Notes under the pieces: model-generated
The model's input: the letters and a program-made list of their open reading frames with translations, nothing else
Told to the model about the DNA's origin: nothing
Databases searched by the model: none
Translations under genes and position numbers: made by a program
Shown: positions 12,757-23,966 of the stretch, one piece after another
Layout of the letters: each line of letters starts with the position of its first letter
How positions within the stretch are numbered: the stretch's first letter is position 1
Origin: an uncultured Planctomycetota bacterium
Lineage (GTDB): Bacteria; Planctomycetota; Planctomycetia; Isosphaerales; Isosphaeraceae
Direction of reading: 5' to 3'
Assembly (NCBI GenBank): GCA_963823665.1
Contig: CAWGMQ010000010.1
Coordinates: 448,001-512,000, forward strand
Length of the DNA stretch: 64,000 bases

Positions 12757-14750
12757 TCAGCCCGCGCGCGACAGCTCGCTCCGGGCTCCTCGCGTTGCAC
12801 TCACAGCACGCGCAAAGCTCCATTCGAGCGACACGTTCCACGCTCCCTTTTCGTCCGGAGCGACATGCCAGTGCGGAATCACGGAGCACGATTGAAGGAT
12901 GGGCTCGGGGCGTTGCTCGAGCGGATCGATGGTCTCAACAGGGAAACACCATACACCTGCGGCCTGCGACCAGGAGAGCGACACGGACAGGTCTCCTGTA
13001 GTGCCGCTCAGAGTGATTCCGTTCTCGTGCGCCAAGTCGAGCTTTGAGCTGGCATATCCCAGCCAGGTGCCGTTCAAATTCGCGTAAACGCTGCTTTGCA
13101 GATCGCCGCCCATTCCGGCCAAGTTGAACTCCACGGCGAAATGAAGGCAGGCGTCCGGCGGGACCTGCTCGAGCTGGTAGGTGATGCGCAACATCGTTTC
13201 GCCGGACGCCAGTGCAATGGTTTTCTTGACGCGGATCGGGCAGCCATCCGCTCGACCCGCGCGCTCCATGATCACCGCAACCCGCGACGATTCACGCTGG
13301 ACCCTGGCCTGGAATGTTCCCGTCGCGAAGTCACCGCGTTCGAGGTCGCGACCGCCGCAGACATCTTCCAACGTCGCCTCGACGGGGTAGAAGTGATCGA
13401 CCAGCGCCTTACGAGGATGCCGGCCGCCGAAGGGAGGTTCACCGCGGCGCTTCGGCTCGGGGGTTGCCGGGCCGGCGGGTTCCGGGCCCGGGTCGAGCGT
13501 GGCCAGCGCGTTCCAGAGCTGGTCGCGCACGTCAAGCTCATACACATGGCCGCCTGAGGCAGGGCGGGCCAGCACAATCAGGCCGTCGTTTTCGAGCCGG
13601 ACTTCCTGCCGCGCGTCGAGATTAAAATCGCCGATATCGACCCGGACGCGCGGACCGACTCTTTCTTCGATCTCGTCGAGCGCATTGTCGGCGGCAATCA
13701 GATGCGCGTAGACCGCATTCCTCAAGTGGGGTCGAGCGAGCCCGCCGGAGCCGCCATGCCAGGAGTAGGCGGAGCCGCACTGGGCTCTAAAAAGCTCGTG
13801 GCGGGCGATCTCGAGATAGTCGGGATCGGACCCGGCATTCGCGGCGGCGGCGGCCAGCCGCTGTGAGACGCCGAGCATCCGGGCGTACATCTCGCCGCCT
13901 GGGGCGCGGCGGGTCTGGTGATTCCGCAGGCGAACCGCGCTATCGCTCAGATAGACCATACCCAGAGGAAGTGACCGGTCTGCCACGTCAGCGAGCGTCG
14001 CGAATTCGAGCCAATCGGCGGCGGCCGAGGCCATCTCGCAGAATCGCTCGAGCCATTCGAGCATATCGACATTCGAATAAGCGGTGGCCAGGCTGCCGTG
14101 CGGCTGCGCGTCGACGGGAAAGACGATCGTCGCGCCGGGCTCTCGCCGGGCGAGCCGGTGCAGGAAGTCGCGGACCAGGGAGGGCTCCACGAACGAGATT
14201 CCGTTTGCCAGGGCCGGCGATGCGGCGAACGCCTTGAGCAGGTGTCCCTCGCATTCGGTCAAGAAATAGCCGAATGGGCCGTGGGCCTGGAACGGGCTGC
14301 GCTGGAAGTGGAATTCGTCGAGCATTGTGTACTCGATGCCGGACTCGACCAGCGCGATTGCCAGGCGCTGTTCCCAGGCACCTTCGGTGAGCCAGACTCC
14401 GCGCACCCGGGTGGAGAACAGCTCGTGGAGATAATCCGTGAAGGCCTGGATCTGGCCCAGGCGGTCGCGGTGGGGGATCATCGCCATGACCGGCTCGTAC
14501 AGGCCGCCGCCCAGGATCTCGAGCCCGCCTCGCGCGACCAGGCGCGCAGCCGGGCGATCCATTCCGGGTGCCGCTCGAGCAACCATTCGAGCAGCGGGCC
14601 GGAGGCGTGCAGCACGGCCCTGATCGCGCGCTTCTCCAGGAGGTGCAGGAGCGGAGAATAGGTCGTGCTGTAGGCCTGCTCTATGGCGCTTTCGAGCTGG
14701 CCCAAGGGCTGGTGAAGATGGAAGGCCAGGACGACGCGGAGCTTTGGCAT
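12757..14750 (-). CDS. GH57 4-alpha-glucanotransferase/alpha-amylase-like protein with C-terminal beta-sandwich (DUF1926-like); frameshift ~14550
   Basis: FHLHQP at the N-terminus (ORF 14478..14750) joins GGGLYEPV, VWLTE, YTMLDEFHF, RAQC...WHG, HLRNAVY, DFNLDARQEV in ORF 12757..14910. Confidence 0.85.
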
Positions 14751-14765
14751 GTTCGATCCTTCGAT

Positions 14766-15836
14766 CTAGCTGAGCGACGAGATTCGGGGAGCGATCAAGC
14801 CGCGGTCGCGGAAGCCTCGGGACGGCTCGACCTCCTCGAGCTTGATGTCGCGCAAGAAACCGGCGGCGCTCTCGGGCCGGACAGGGTTGATATAAAACCC
14901 CGAGCCCCATTCAAACCCCGCGACTTTCGTGAGCCGCGGAATCACCTCGATGTGCCAGTGGTAATGAGGCAGCTCGCTCATGTCAAACGGCGCTGTATGT
15001 ATAATATAATTATACGACGGATTATCGAGGGCGATCTCGAGCTTGTTGAGCACCTGGTGGAGCACACCGCCCAGATCATCGACGCCGGGCTTGGGAATAT
15101 TCTCGAAATGGCTGGAGTGGTGCTTGGGGACGATCCAGGTCTCGAAGGGGAAGCGGCTGGCGAAGGGGCAGAAGGCGGTGAAGTGGGTCGAGTCGTGGAC
15201 GATTCGTTTCTCGACGGAGAGCTCTTGCTGGACCATATCGCAGTAGATGCATCGGCCGCGATAGTTGAAGAATTCGAGTGACCCGGTCATTTCCTCCCAG
15301 ACGGAGATGGGGACGATGGGGGTGACGATCAACTGGCTGTGCGTGTGCTCGAGGCTAGCACCGCCGGCGGCGCCCGAGTTCTTGAAGAGCATGCCGTGGA
15401 CGAAGCGGTTGTCGCGCTTCAAGTCAACCAGGCGATCGCGGTAGACCCAGAGTATTTCGCGGATGTTCTCGGGGCGGAGCGCGGCCATGGTGGTGTGATG
15501 GCTCGGGCTTTCGATGATGACCTCGTGGGCGCCGACGCCTTCCATCATGTCGTAGATGCCGTCGCCGCGCTTGTTCAAGCTGCCTTCGACCTTGAGTGCA
15601 GGGAAGCGGTTGGGCACGACGCGAATGCGCCAGCCGGGGCCGTTCTGGCGCGAGCCGAAATTGCGGTACGCGAGGATTTCGGGGGGTGTGTTTTCCTCAT
15701 GACCTTCACAGAAGGGGCATGTGGCAGGGTCTGCCGGCGGTGGTGCCTCGGACTTGAAGTCGTGGGGGCGCTTGGCGCGTTCGTCGGCGATGATGACCCA
15801 GCGGCCGACGATCGGGTCTTTGCGGAGCTCGGGCAT
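14766..15836 (-). CDS. galT: GalT-family nucleotidyltransferase (galactose-1-phosphate uridylyltransferase / ADP-glucose phosphorylase-like)
   Basis: ELRKDP...[58 protein letters not shown] upstream. Confidence 0.92.
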   Translation of the reverse strand: MPELRKDPIVGRWVIIADERAKRPHDFKSEAPPPADPATCPFCEGHEENTPPEILAYRNFGSRQNGPGWRIRVVPNRFPALKVEGSLNKRGDGIYDMMEGVGAHEVIIESPSHHTTMAALRPENIREILWVYRDRLVDLKRDNRFVHGMLFKNSGAAGGASLEHTHSQLIVTPIVPISVWEEMTGSLEFFNYRGRCIYCDMVQQELSVEKRIVHDSTHFTAFCPFASRFPFETWIVPKHHSSHFENIPKPGVDDLGGVLHQVLNKLEIALDNPSYNYIIHTAPFDMSELPHYHWHIEVIPRLTKVAGFEWGSGFYINPVRPESAAGFLRDIKLEEVEPSRGFRDRGLIAPRISSLS

Positions 15837-15855
15837 GTTCGGGGACCTCCTCCTC

Positions 15856-18052
15856 TCAGACTTGCCACATGATGCGCTCGAAGTCGGGCGAGGGGGCGAC
15901 CAGCTCGAAGATCCCCTCGCGGGGGGCTCGGTCGAGGCTGGCTGGGCCCCGCAGGAGCTCGATGTAGAACCGGATTGTTTCGCCCGGCCGCAGCTCGAGC
16001 CGCGCGAACGGGACGGCCATCTCGAAGATCAGGCCGGTCGACGCGTCGATGGTGGTCCCGTTCGAGACCATCCCGCCGGCATGGTTCAGGTAGCCGATCG
16101 GTCGCGCCTTAGTCCGGCTGCAGTCACGACGATTTCACGGTCGGAGGGCTCGACGAAGCCGACCCGGAGGCGGTCAGCCCCGGCGAGGACCTCGTTTGCG
16201 GGCCCTCCCTGGGTATCGACGCGGATGAGCAATCGCTCGGCATCGAAACCGAACCATACCGATTCGATCGGTCCGCTGGCAACCTGAGTCATGGTGCCGC
16301 GCTCATTTCCGCAGACGTAGCGGGCGGCGTCGATCCATTCAAAATAGGTTGCGCGGCCATCCACCTTGACGTGAGAAAAGCTGCGCGGCTGGGCGTGAAT
16401 CGGCGCGGTGCGGCTGCCCCGGGAGATCGCGTCGAAGAGCGATCCGGGCGGGTCGGAGCCCAGAAGTGTGTAGACGTTGCGGAGGTGCTTGCGAAACAGG
16501 TCGTCAAAGACGCCGTCGAGGGGGCTCGAATGATCGTCGCCGTACCACCAGAACCAGTCCGATCCCTCGGCGATGTAGATCTCGTTCCAGGCTTTTTCAA
16601 GCGTGGCCGCGGGGTGGCGGAGCGAGTGTTCCTCGGCTGCGAGGAAGGAGCGCGCGGCGTGGAGCGCGTCCCACGCCTCGTTGTCTTCGGGGTGGCCGAC
16701 CCAGATCGCGAAGTTGTGGCTGATCCAGCTTCCCGCGAAGAGGTGGTGGAGGGTGTCGTGCGGCGGGTGCTCGCTCAGGAACCGGCCCACCTGGACGGGA
16801 CGCAGGTTGGCGCTCCTGGCGATTCCGCGGTAGAGCGAGCGCAGGAACGAGACTCCGCCGTCGGGATAGTATTCCCAGCAGTTTTCGCCGTCCAGGATGA
16901 CCGGAACGAGCGTCGCCGGGTTATGGCGGCATGCGTCGCCGATCGCGCCGAGCTTGGCCATGAAGTCGCCGGCGGCGACGGGCCCGGGGCTGCGCTGGTA
17001 GTGGAACCCGATCTGGTCGGACATGGAGTGGTCGCGGAAGATGATCGAGAGCTCGTGGTGCGACTCGCGCACCTTCCAGGCGCGATAGAGCAGCTCGGGA
17101 TGCCGGACATGGCCGCGGCTGTCGCGGCCGACCTTGCCGCTGGTCGAGCAGCCCAGGATCTCTTCGTCGGTCGCGATCCACTTGAGCCCGGCTTCGGCGA
17201 GGATGGGGATGATCGCCTGTGAGACAGACCCTTCGCTGGGCCACATGCCGGCGGGGGCGCTCGCCGAAATGGCGGACATGGGCCTCGATCGCGCGACGAA
17301 CCTGCACCGCGGCGTCATCCGGGTATCCGCCGCGGTACCTGGGAAGGGCGACGTCGGGCATCGCCTCGCGCGCTGCCGTCTTCTCGACGAGCAGCGGCAG
17401 AATCGGGTGATAGAACGGGGTGGTGGTAAGCTCGATCTGGCCCTGCGCGGCCAGCTTTCGGTGCAGCGGGATGACGCGGGACACCAGCTCGCGCTGGCGG
17501 GCCAGCAACCATTGCTTCTCGTCTTCGGTGTAGTGGCGGCCTTTCGCCTTGAAGTCGGCCAGATCGCTTTCCTGCTCGAAGAGCAGGGGGTGGATCCACG
17601 CCAGGTTCGACCAGACCTGAAGGTCGCGGAGGTCGCGGGTGCGGAACGCGAGCGAGCGCCTCGTGCGCCGGATGACGTCCACGCCGAGCGCAGCAGGTAG
17701 AGCTCGTGATAGCGCGGGTGGGGACGGATCATCGTGTCCGGGTTGGCCATGAAGAAGTTGTCGAGCACGTAGCAGGCTTCGGCGGAGGTCAGTCCGTCAG
17801 CCGGGCGGCTGGAGCAGCGCAAGTGTGTGTCGGTGGCGCCCGAGGAATAGGCGTCGAGCTGTGCGAGCAGGCTCGGGACCAGATTGATCGTGCACTGGAA
17901 TTCGGGCACTTCTTCGCAGGTGGAGCGCCATCCCCAGGTAATCCTTGGTGGCGTGGAGCCGCACCCAGGGCATGGGGTTTTCGCCCGTCGAGATCATCGG
18001 GGTAATACGGTTGATGTTGGTGCCAGAGAAGCGCGAGAGAAACGGTGTGCAT
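15856..18052 (-). CDS. GH57 amylopullulanase/alpha-amylase-type glycoside hydrolase; about 5 apparent frameshifts
   Basis: Stitched fragments: [43 protein letters not shown] (nucleophile), [17 protein letters not shown] (acid/base), [14 protein letters not shown]-terminus ...DFERIMWQV. Confidence 0.88.
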
Positions 18053-18211
18053 CAATTGCCCTTCGAACCACGCGAACGTCGACACGAATGTCAGGCTAAA
18101 GCCTGACCTACTACGGGACGGGGGGAATCGTTACACGCGTTAAAGTCGACCCCTCCTCAAGAAGGATAGGTCTCGCTCACCGTGTAATGCTCGGAACGTC
18201 CCGGGCCAAAC

Positions 18212-19748
18212 TTAAGCGGTTCCCGACCGGGTGGCGGCCAGAGGCGAGTGGTCGGTCGCATCGACGGGAATGTTTCGGGCCGAGGCCCTGCGCTTGATCT
18301 CTTCGTAGAGAGCGACGTACTCGCGGGCGCTGCGTCGCCATGACCAGTCGGCGTTCATCCCGGTTGTCATGAGCTGCCGCCAGGTCTTGCGATCGGGCCA
18401 GAGCGCCAGGGCTCGCTCGAGGCACTGCTTGAGCGCGGCGGGCTCGGCATCGGCGAAGACGAAGCCGTTGGCGGTCGAATCGGCAAGAGTTCTCGGGTTC
18501 GCGTCCACGACGGTATCGAAAAGGCCGCCGGTCGCCCGCACGATCGGAACCGTGCCGTGCGCCAGGCTGTAAAGTTGATTCAATCCGCACGGTTCAAACA
18601 AGCTGGGCATCAGGAAAAGATCGGCACCGGCCTCGATTTGATGGGCCAGATCATCGGAGAAGCCGAGGTGCGCCCAGCACTTGCCGGGAAACTGGCGGGC
18701 CAGCAACTCGAGCAGGGAGTGGTATTTGGGGTCGCCCACACCGAGCACGACGAGCTGGACGTCGCGCTGCAGGAAGCTATCGGCGACGGCAGCGAGCAAG
18801 TCCCAGCCTTTCTGGGGGTCGAGTCGGCCGATCTGGGCGAACAGCGGCACGTCTGGCCGCTCGGGGAAGCCCGCCCTGCGCTGGAGCCAGGCCTTGCAGG
18901 CAGCCTTGCCGGCTACGAGCGGTCGCTGCATCGTACTGGCAGGTGATCATCGGCTCGCTGGCGGGGCTCCAGATTTCGGGGTCGATTCCGTTGACGATTC
19001 CCCGCAGTTCGGCCGATCGATCGCGGAGCAGGCCGTCCAACCCGGAGCCAAAGCGCGGCGTCTGGATCTCCTTGGCGTAGTTCGGGCTGACGGCGCACAG
19101 CATGTCGGCGAAAACCAGGCCGGCCTTCATGAAGCAAATCCGGCCGTGGAATTCGAGCTGGCGCCAGTTGAAGAGGCGCCAGTCCAGCCCGGTGAGCGCC
19201 ATGTCGCGCTGCCAGAACAGACCGAGGTACGCCAGGTTGTGGATGGTGAGCAGCGAGCCGGCGCGGGCGATCGAGGGTGTGTTCTGGTAGATCGTCTTCA
19301 TGTAGACCGGGATCAAGCCGGTCTGCCAGTCGTTGCAGTGAATCACGTCGGGGCGGATTCCCAGGGGCCCCAGGGCTTCGAGCACGGCGCGGTCGAAGAA
19401 GACGAATCGTTCGCAGTTGTCGTCGTAGTCTTTGCCGTGGCTGCCGTAGAGACCGCTTCGATCGAAGTAGGCGGGTTGATCGATCAGGTAAACCTTGACG
19501 CTCGAACCGGGCAACGTGCTTTCGAGGATGGTTCCGTCGACCTTTCGCGACCCAACGGGGACCTGAAGCTGGATCCCGGTGGCTGAGATGGGGGTCCTGG
19601 AATCGCGTGTGCAACGATAGGCGGGGAGGAAAATGCAAGTTGTGTGACCGGCGTCTTCGAGGGCGCGGGGCAGGGCACCGATGACGTCGGCGAGTCCGCC
19701 GGTCTTGGCGAACGGCACGGCTTCCGAGGCGACGACGGCGACATGCAT
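18212..19748 (-). CDS. glgA: Glycogen/starch synthase (GT5); frameshift ~18915
   Basis: KTGGLADV, HCNDWQT, TIHNLAY, VSPNYAKEI, GIVNGID, then GRLDPQKG, MPSLFEPCGLNQLY, RATGGL. Confidence 0.95.
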
Positions 19749-19892
19749 TCCGGATCAGCTCCCGGCGCGAGAACGAATTGAGTCGCGGGGGAAAATCAAT
19801 CGCCCGGACCGAGCGCGGCGAGAGCCACGCTACGGCCGGGCGGCTGTTTCGTCCAGAGGTGTGACGTTGCGAAGTTGTGCGAAGTGCCGCTG

Positions 19893-20144
19893 CTAGGCGA
19901 TTGCCACGGCGGCGGCCTGCGGCGCGATCGCCGAGACCTTGGTGTTGAAGTTGTACCGGGCGAGCATGATGATCATGAGGATGCAGGAGATCACGATCGC
20001 CCCGAGCGAGATGCCCAGCAGCACGACGTAGATGTCGCTCTTGGGGGATTGCACGAGAACGCCGGGTCGGCGAGGCGCGGCGGCCGAGGACCTGCCGGAC
20101 GAAGCCGCGGCGCTAGATCCGCGGCTTGACGGTAGACGAGACAA
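19893..20144 (-). CDS. Small single-TM hypothetical protein (83 aa)
   Basis: TTG start with AAGGAGG upstream, overlapping the end of the upstream gene; one hydrophobic segment after PKSDIY. Confidence 0.65.
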   Translation of the reverse strand: MSRLPSSRGSSAAASSGRSSAAAPRRPGVLVQSPKSDIYVVLLGISLGAIVISCILMIIMLARYNFNTKVSAIAPQAAAVAIA

Positions 20145-20972
20145 TGTCGCCCTCCTTAATCTTCTTGCCCATATAGGTTTTGCCGACCACCTTGGCGACG
20201 GCCTGGTCGGGATCGACCGAGATGATTTTCACCTTGCCGAGATACTCGGGAGAGGTTCGACGCGGTAGAGGTACAGCTCATGACCGACGACCAGCCCGTC
20301 GTCTGCGCCGATCGTGATTTCCATGTAGCGGTTGGTGGGGTCGATGCGCTTGATCTTGCCGGTGACCGGCGGCGGGCTGGCGAGCCCCTTGTATCTGGCT
20401 GATGTCGTCCGAGAGACCATTCTTCTTGAGCAGCTTCCGAAAATTGGGCGACGGTTTCGCGAAGCGTCGAATTGTTCTTGCTCGCCGTCTCGAGCTGCAC
20501 GCGCCAGGTCGCGGATCTTGTCGTTCAACTCCGCTACCATGAGCTTGTATTCGTTACCCTGCTTCTCGACTGCCGAAAGCTGGGTACGAAGCTGAACCGT
20601 CTCGTTGATCTTCGCCTGAGCTTCTTCGAGCGCGGCTTTGGCGGTCTGCTGGGCTGTTGCCAACTGCCCTCTGGCCGTCTGGATCTGTGCGAGGTTTCGC
20701 TTGTTCTCGTCCACCTGCGAAGCGAGGCTGTTCTCGAGCGCCTTCTTTTCCTGGTCGCACTGTGCTTTCAAATCTTCAAGCGACTTCTTGGCGGCTTCGG
20801 ACGCGGCTTTGGCGTCGTTCAGTTTTTTGTTCAGCTCTACGACCTTGCCCTGCTCGGCCTTGGTCGCGACCATCCAGTTTCTCGAGGTGGAGAAGACCAC
20901 CGTGGAAAGCGCCAGGAAGACCAAGGCGAAAGCCATGATCGTGATCACGAGGATTTTGCCAACGAAGGTCAT
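20113..20972 (-). CDS. Membrane-anchored coiled-coil protein with C-terminal small beta-domain (FlgT_C-like); several frameshifts between ~20500 and ~20250
   Basis: MTFVGKILV TM anchor, long heptad region, then ITIGADDGLVVGHELYLYR...LGKVKIISVDPDQAVAKV...KIKEGDIVSSTVKPRI, with TAG at 20113-20115. Confidence 0.75.
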
Positions 20973-21363
20973 GGTCCCATCCTACCAGTGTCAGGAAGAT
21001 ACGGCCGGGCCGGATCAGGGCAAGCCGGGCGAGCCGACGAGCGAAACGGCGGTGATCTCGAAAGGACCCGTCAGATACGGAATGCCGACCCGCGCCTCCC
21101 GGCTGAGCACCTACCGGCGAGCGAGGCGAAGTTCAACAGTTCCCTTGAATTTAACGCTGCGTGACCTGATGGGGCAAGCGGCCTCCCAAATCCAACAAGT
21201 ACAACCAGCTTGTCCCACAGCGCTTCCCATTGCGGGCGATCTCGACTGGACCAAATTTACCCCACGCTGGTGGCGATGGCAAGCAACCGGGATTAGGTAA
21301 TTCAGGCGATTCCGTCAATTCTTACGATGCGGAGGGCACAGGGAGTGTGCCGGGAAGCTCAGC

Positions 21364-21885
21364 TCACCGGCCTTTGAGGTCTCCATTATTCTCTTCGGCC
21401 GTTCCGAGCAGACGCTCCGTTTCGCGGATCAAGTCTGTCAATTCCGATTGATGCTGCTTGAATTCGCGGGATTGTTTTTGAATCGCTGCGATCTTCGTGC
21501 GAAGCTCGTTGATTTGCGTTCGCTTGGCTTCGACTTCCGACATCAATCCCTTTGTCTTTTCGTGGGATCCGGCCCACTGTTCTCGCGTGGACTTGATCTG
21601 AACCTGATCGCGTGAAATCTCGTCCACGATGCCGGTGTTGCGGACATCGAGTGCCTTCTTCTCCTGCTCGAACGCGACTTTGGCGTCTTCGAGGACCTTG
21701 CCGGCCAGCTCGGCCTGCGTTTTGGCTTCGTCCAGCTTCTTCTTCAGATCACTGATGTTTTTCTGATGGCCGGTGATCTCGCCTTTCCAGTTCTTGGCGG
21801 TGGAAACCGATACCGCCGAGATGCCGAGAAACACGAGCGACAACGCCACGACCACGAGCACGAGGATCTTGCCGACAAACGTCAT
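21364..21885 (-). CDS. Shorter tandem paralogue of the 20113-20972 coiled-coil protein
   Basis: Identical MTFVGKILV start, TM segment, ST.xNW motif and coiled coil; lacks the C-terminal domain. Confidence 0.8.
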   Translation of the reverse strand: MTFVGKILVLVVVALSLVFLGISAVSVSTAKNWKGEITGHQKNISDLKKKLDEAKTQAELAGKVLEDAKVAFEQEKKALDVRNTGIVDEISRDQVQIKSTREQWAGSHEKTKGLMSEVEAKRTQINELRTKIAAIQKQSREFKQHQSELTDLIRETERLLGTAEENNGDLKGR

Positions 21886-22090
21886 GGCCGCACCCTGGAA
21901 ACAAGTGACGAAGAGAAGAATGGAATGCGGGCGGGCTCAAAGCGCCGGTTCATCGTGCACAGCCTTGACCGGCGCGCATACCCACCGACGCGTGCACCTC
22001 CGCTCCATCAAATCTACACCATGTTCCTTGTCGTGAAAAGCGAGTGCTTCTGTTTGCTTGGGGGGATTGGATTGGTTTTTTGGATTGGGT

Positions 22091-22237
22091 GTGCGGCAGG
22101 GGTGGCGGACCTGCGGTGTTTTTTTGGGTTGGGTGTCCGGCAGGAGTGCCGGAGCTACCGGTTTTTTTGCGGGGCCGCGGGAGTGGTGGTGATTTGGAGT
22201 TTTTCGGACGAGCGTCCGGCACGAGTGCCGGACCTGC
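22091..22237 (-). repeat. Three degenerate REP-like palindromes (consensus G(T/C)AGgTCCGGCACTCcTGCCGGAC)
   Basis: Copies at 22091-22114, 22135-22158 and 22214-22237; GTAG/GCAG followed by a hairpin. Confidence 0.6.
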
Positions 22238-23942
22238 GGAGCACGGCCATAGGCAGCAAGCCGATGGAGATGGCCAGGCATGTGAGGCCCAGCCAGTCTC
22301 CCCACCGCGAGTAATAGCTGGTGCGCCTGTCCAGAGGCACTGTCACCGTCAGGACGCCTTTGGATTCCTTGGCGAGCGATTCTCGGATCTCGCCGTTGCC
22401 ATCGACGAGGGCGGATAGGCCGGTGTTGACGGCGCGTGCCAGCGGGACGCGATTCTCGATGGCGCGAAAGACGCCGATGGCAAGGTGCATGTCCAGCTCT
22501 GCCGAGCCGTGGAACCAGCCGTCATTGGAAAGGTTGATGAGCACGTCGGGCTGATCGGCCGCTTCGAGCCCGGCGAACGACTGGCGAATCACATGCGGAA
22601 TTGTGTCTTCGAAACAGATACTGACCGCCAGCCGATACGGGCCCAGCGGCAGGGCAAGCGGTTTCTTGCCGAAGCTCAGGCTATGCAGCGTCTGGCTGCC
22701 GTAGGGGGTGAGCGCCGCCAGCCACGGCAAGGTCTCGATGAGCGGGAAATACTCGCCGAAAGGAACCAGGTGCATTTTGTGGTAGACGTGAATCGCCCGG
22801 AGGTTGGGCAGGAACAGAATCGCCGAGTTAAATCGATCAAACGCGTTTTTCCGGTGGTCGTAATAGGAGCTTCCCACCAGCATCGGCACCTTGGCCCGAT
22901 CCGTCCACTCATGAAGGTCGGCGACGATCGACTCCATTTTAGCCAGCCACTTCGTGGCCGACAATTTGGGGGAAATTGCGCGGACCTGGCTTTCCAGCAC
23001 CGCCGGCTCGATCCCCGGCTCGACCGAGATCCAGCCCCAGGGATAGGAGGTTTCCGGCCAGACGATCAGGTCGGGAGGCTGGCGGCGCGCCAGTGCACGG
23101 TCGACCAGCTCGGTGAACTCCGCAGTGATCGCCTCAAGCTCCTTGGTGATCGCCGCGGTGTCAGCTTTATTCTTGTGCTTCTGCGCGATATTCGATTGCA
23201 AGAGGGCCAGCCTGGGCCCGTCGTTGAACCGTGAGCTGGAAACGCGAATCGCCCCGTAGCAGAGCGTGGTTCCGATCAAAACCGTGACCAGGCACAGCCT
23301 CACATATTGGCGAGGATGCAGGCGAATGCGGCCGTGCGCACGGCCGAAGAGCGGCAGCGTCGCCAGGTCGACGACCAGGGCGTTGACCAGCGCGATGAGC
23401 AGACTGATCCCCAGCGAGCTTGCGAAGTCGGCGATCTGGATCAAGTAGAGGTTCCGGAACTGGCTGTGTGCGAGGTAATACCAGGGGAAGCCCGACAGGA
23501 AGTGCGCGCGGCCGTACTCCAGGCCGACCCAGATAATGGGCGCCGCGATCATGAGGGGAAGTCGCAAACGAAACACCGCCAGGCGCGCGACGAACACGAA
23601 CAGCGGCCACCACAGGGAAAAGAACAGGGACATGACCAGCCAGGCGGTCAAGCCGCCGATGTCGAGCAGGTTGAGCCACTGGAGGGCCAGCAGCCAGAAC
23701 GAGAGCCCACCGAGCCAGGCGGCGAGGTAGGCCTTGAACCCGGCGTCCGGCACGATGACGATCCAGAACAAGGGGGCCAGCGCGACCCAGGCGATGGCGT
23801 GCCATTCCAGTGGCGGGAAGGAGGTCCAGAGCAATAGACCCGAAGCGACGCCGGCGACCACAGGATGCCGCGCGAGTCGTTGCCGCGCGGCCGCCAGTCC
23901 GGTGGAGAGCGCGTCCTGCTCGGGCGCGGGAGCCAATCTCAT
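22155..23942 (-). CDS. lnt: Apolipoprotein N-acyltransferase
   Basis: Multiple TM helices, GFPW, QSNI, IVWPET, YHKMHLVPFGEY, ICFED, NLSNDGWF, RAIENR, RAVNTG. Confidence 0.95.
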   Translation of the reverse strand: MRLAPAPEQDALSTGLAAARQRLARHPVVAGVASGLLLWTSFPPLEWHAIAWVALAPLFWIVIVPDAGFKAYLAAWLGGLSFWLLALQWLNLLDIGGLTAWLVMSLFFSLWWPLFVFVARLAVFRLRLPLMIAAPIIWVGLEYGRAHFLSGFPWYYLAHSQFRNLYLIQIADFASSLGISLLIALVNALVVDLATLPLFGRAHGRIRLHPRQYVRLCLVTVLIGTTLCYGAIRVSSSRFNDGPRLALLQSNIAQKHKNKADTAAITKELEAITAEFTELVDRALARRQPPDLIVWPETSYPWGWISVEPGIEPAVLESQVRAISPKLSATKWLAKMESIVADLHEWTDRAKVPMLVGSSYYDHRKNAFDRFNSAILFLPNLRAIHVYHKMHLVPFGEYFPLIETLPWLAALTPYGSQTLHSLSFGKKPLALPLGPYRLAVSICFEDTIPHVIRQSFAGLEAADQPDVLINLSNDGWFHGSAELDMHLAIGVFRAIENRVPLARAVNTGLSALVDGNGEIRESLAKESKGVLTVTVPLDRRTSYYSRWGDWLGLTCLAISIGLLPMAVLRRSGTRAGRSSEKLQITTTPAAPQKNR

Positions 23943-23966
23943 GAAACACACCTCGTGAGATGCATG

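Noticed and set aside
12757..19748. Pseudogene or programmed-frameshift calls for the glycogen genes
   Set aside because: Shifts are scattered window-wide without consistent slippery sites; sequencing error is more parsimonious.
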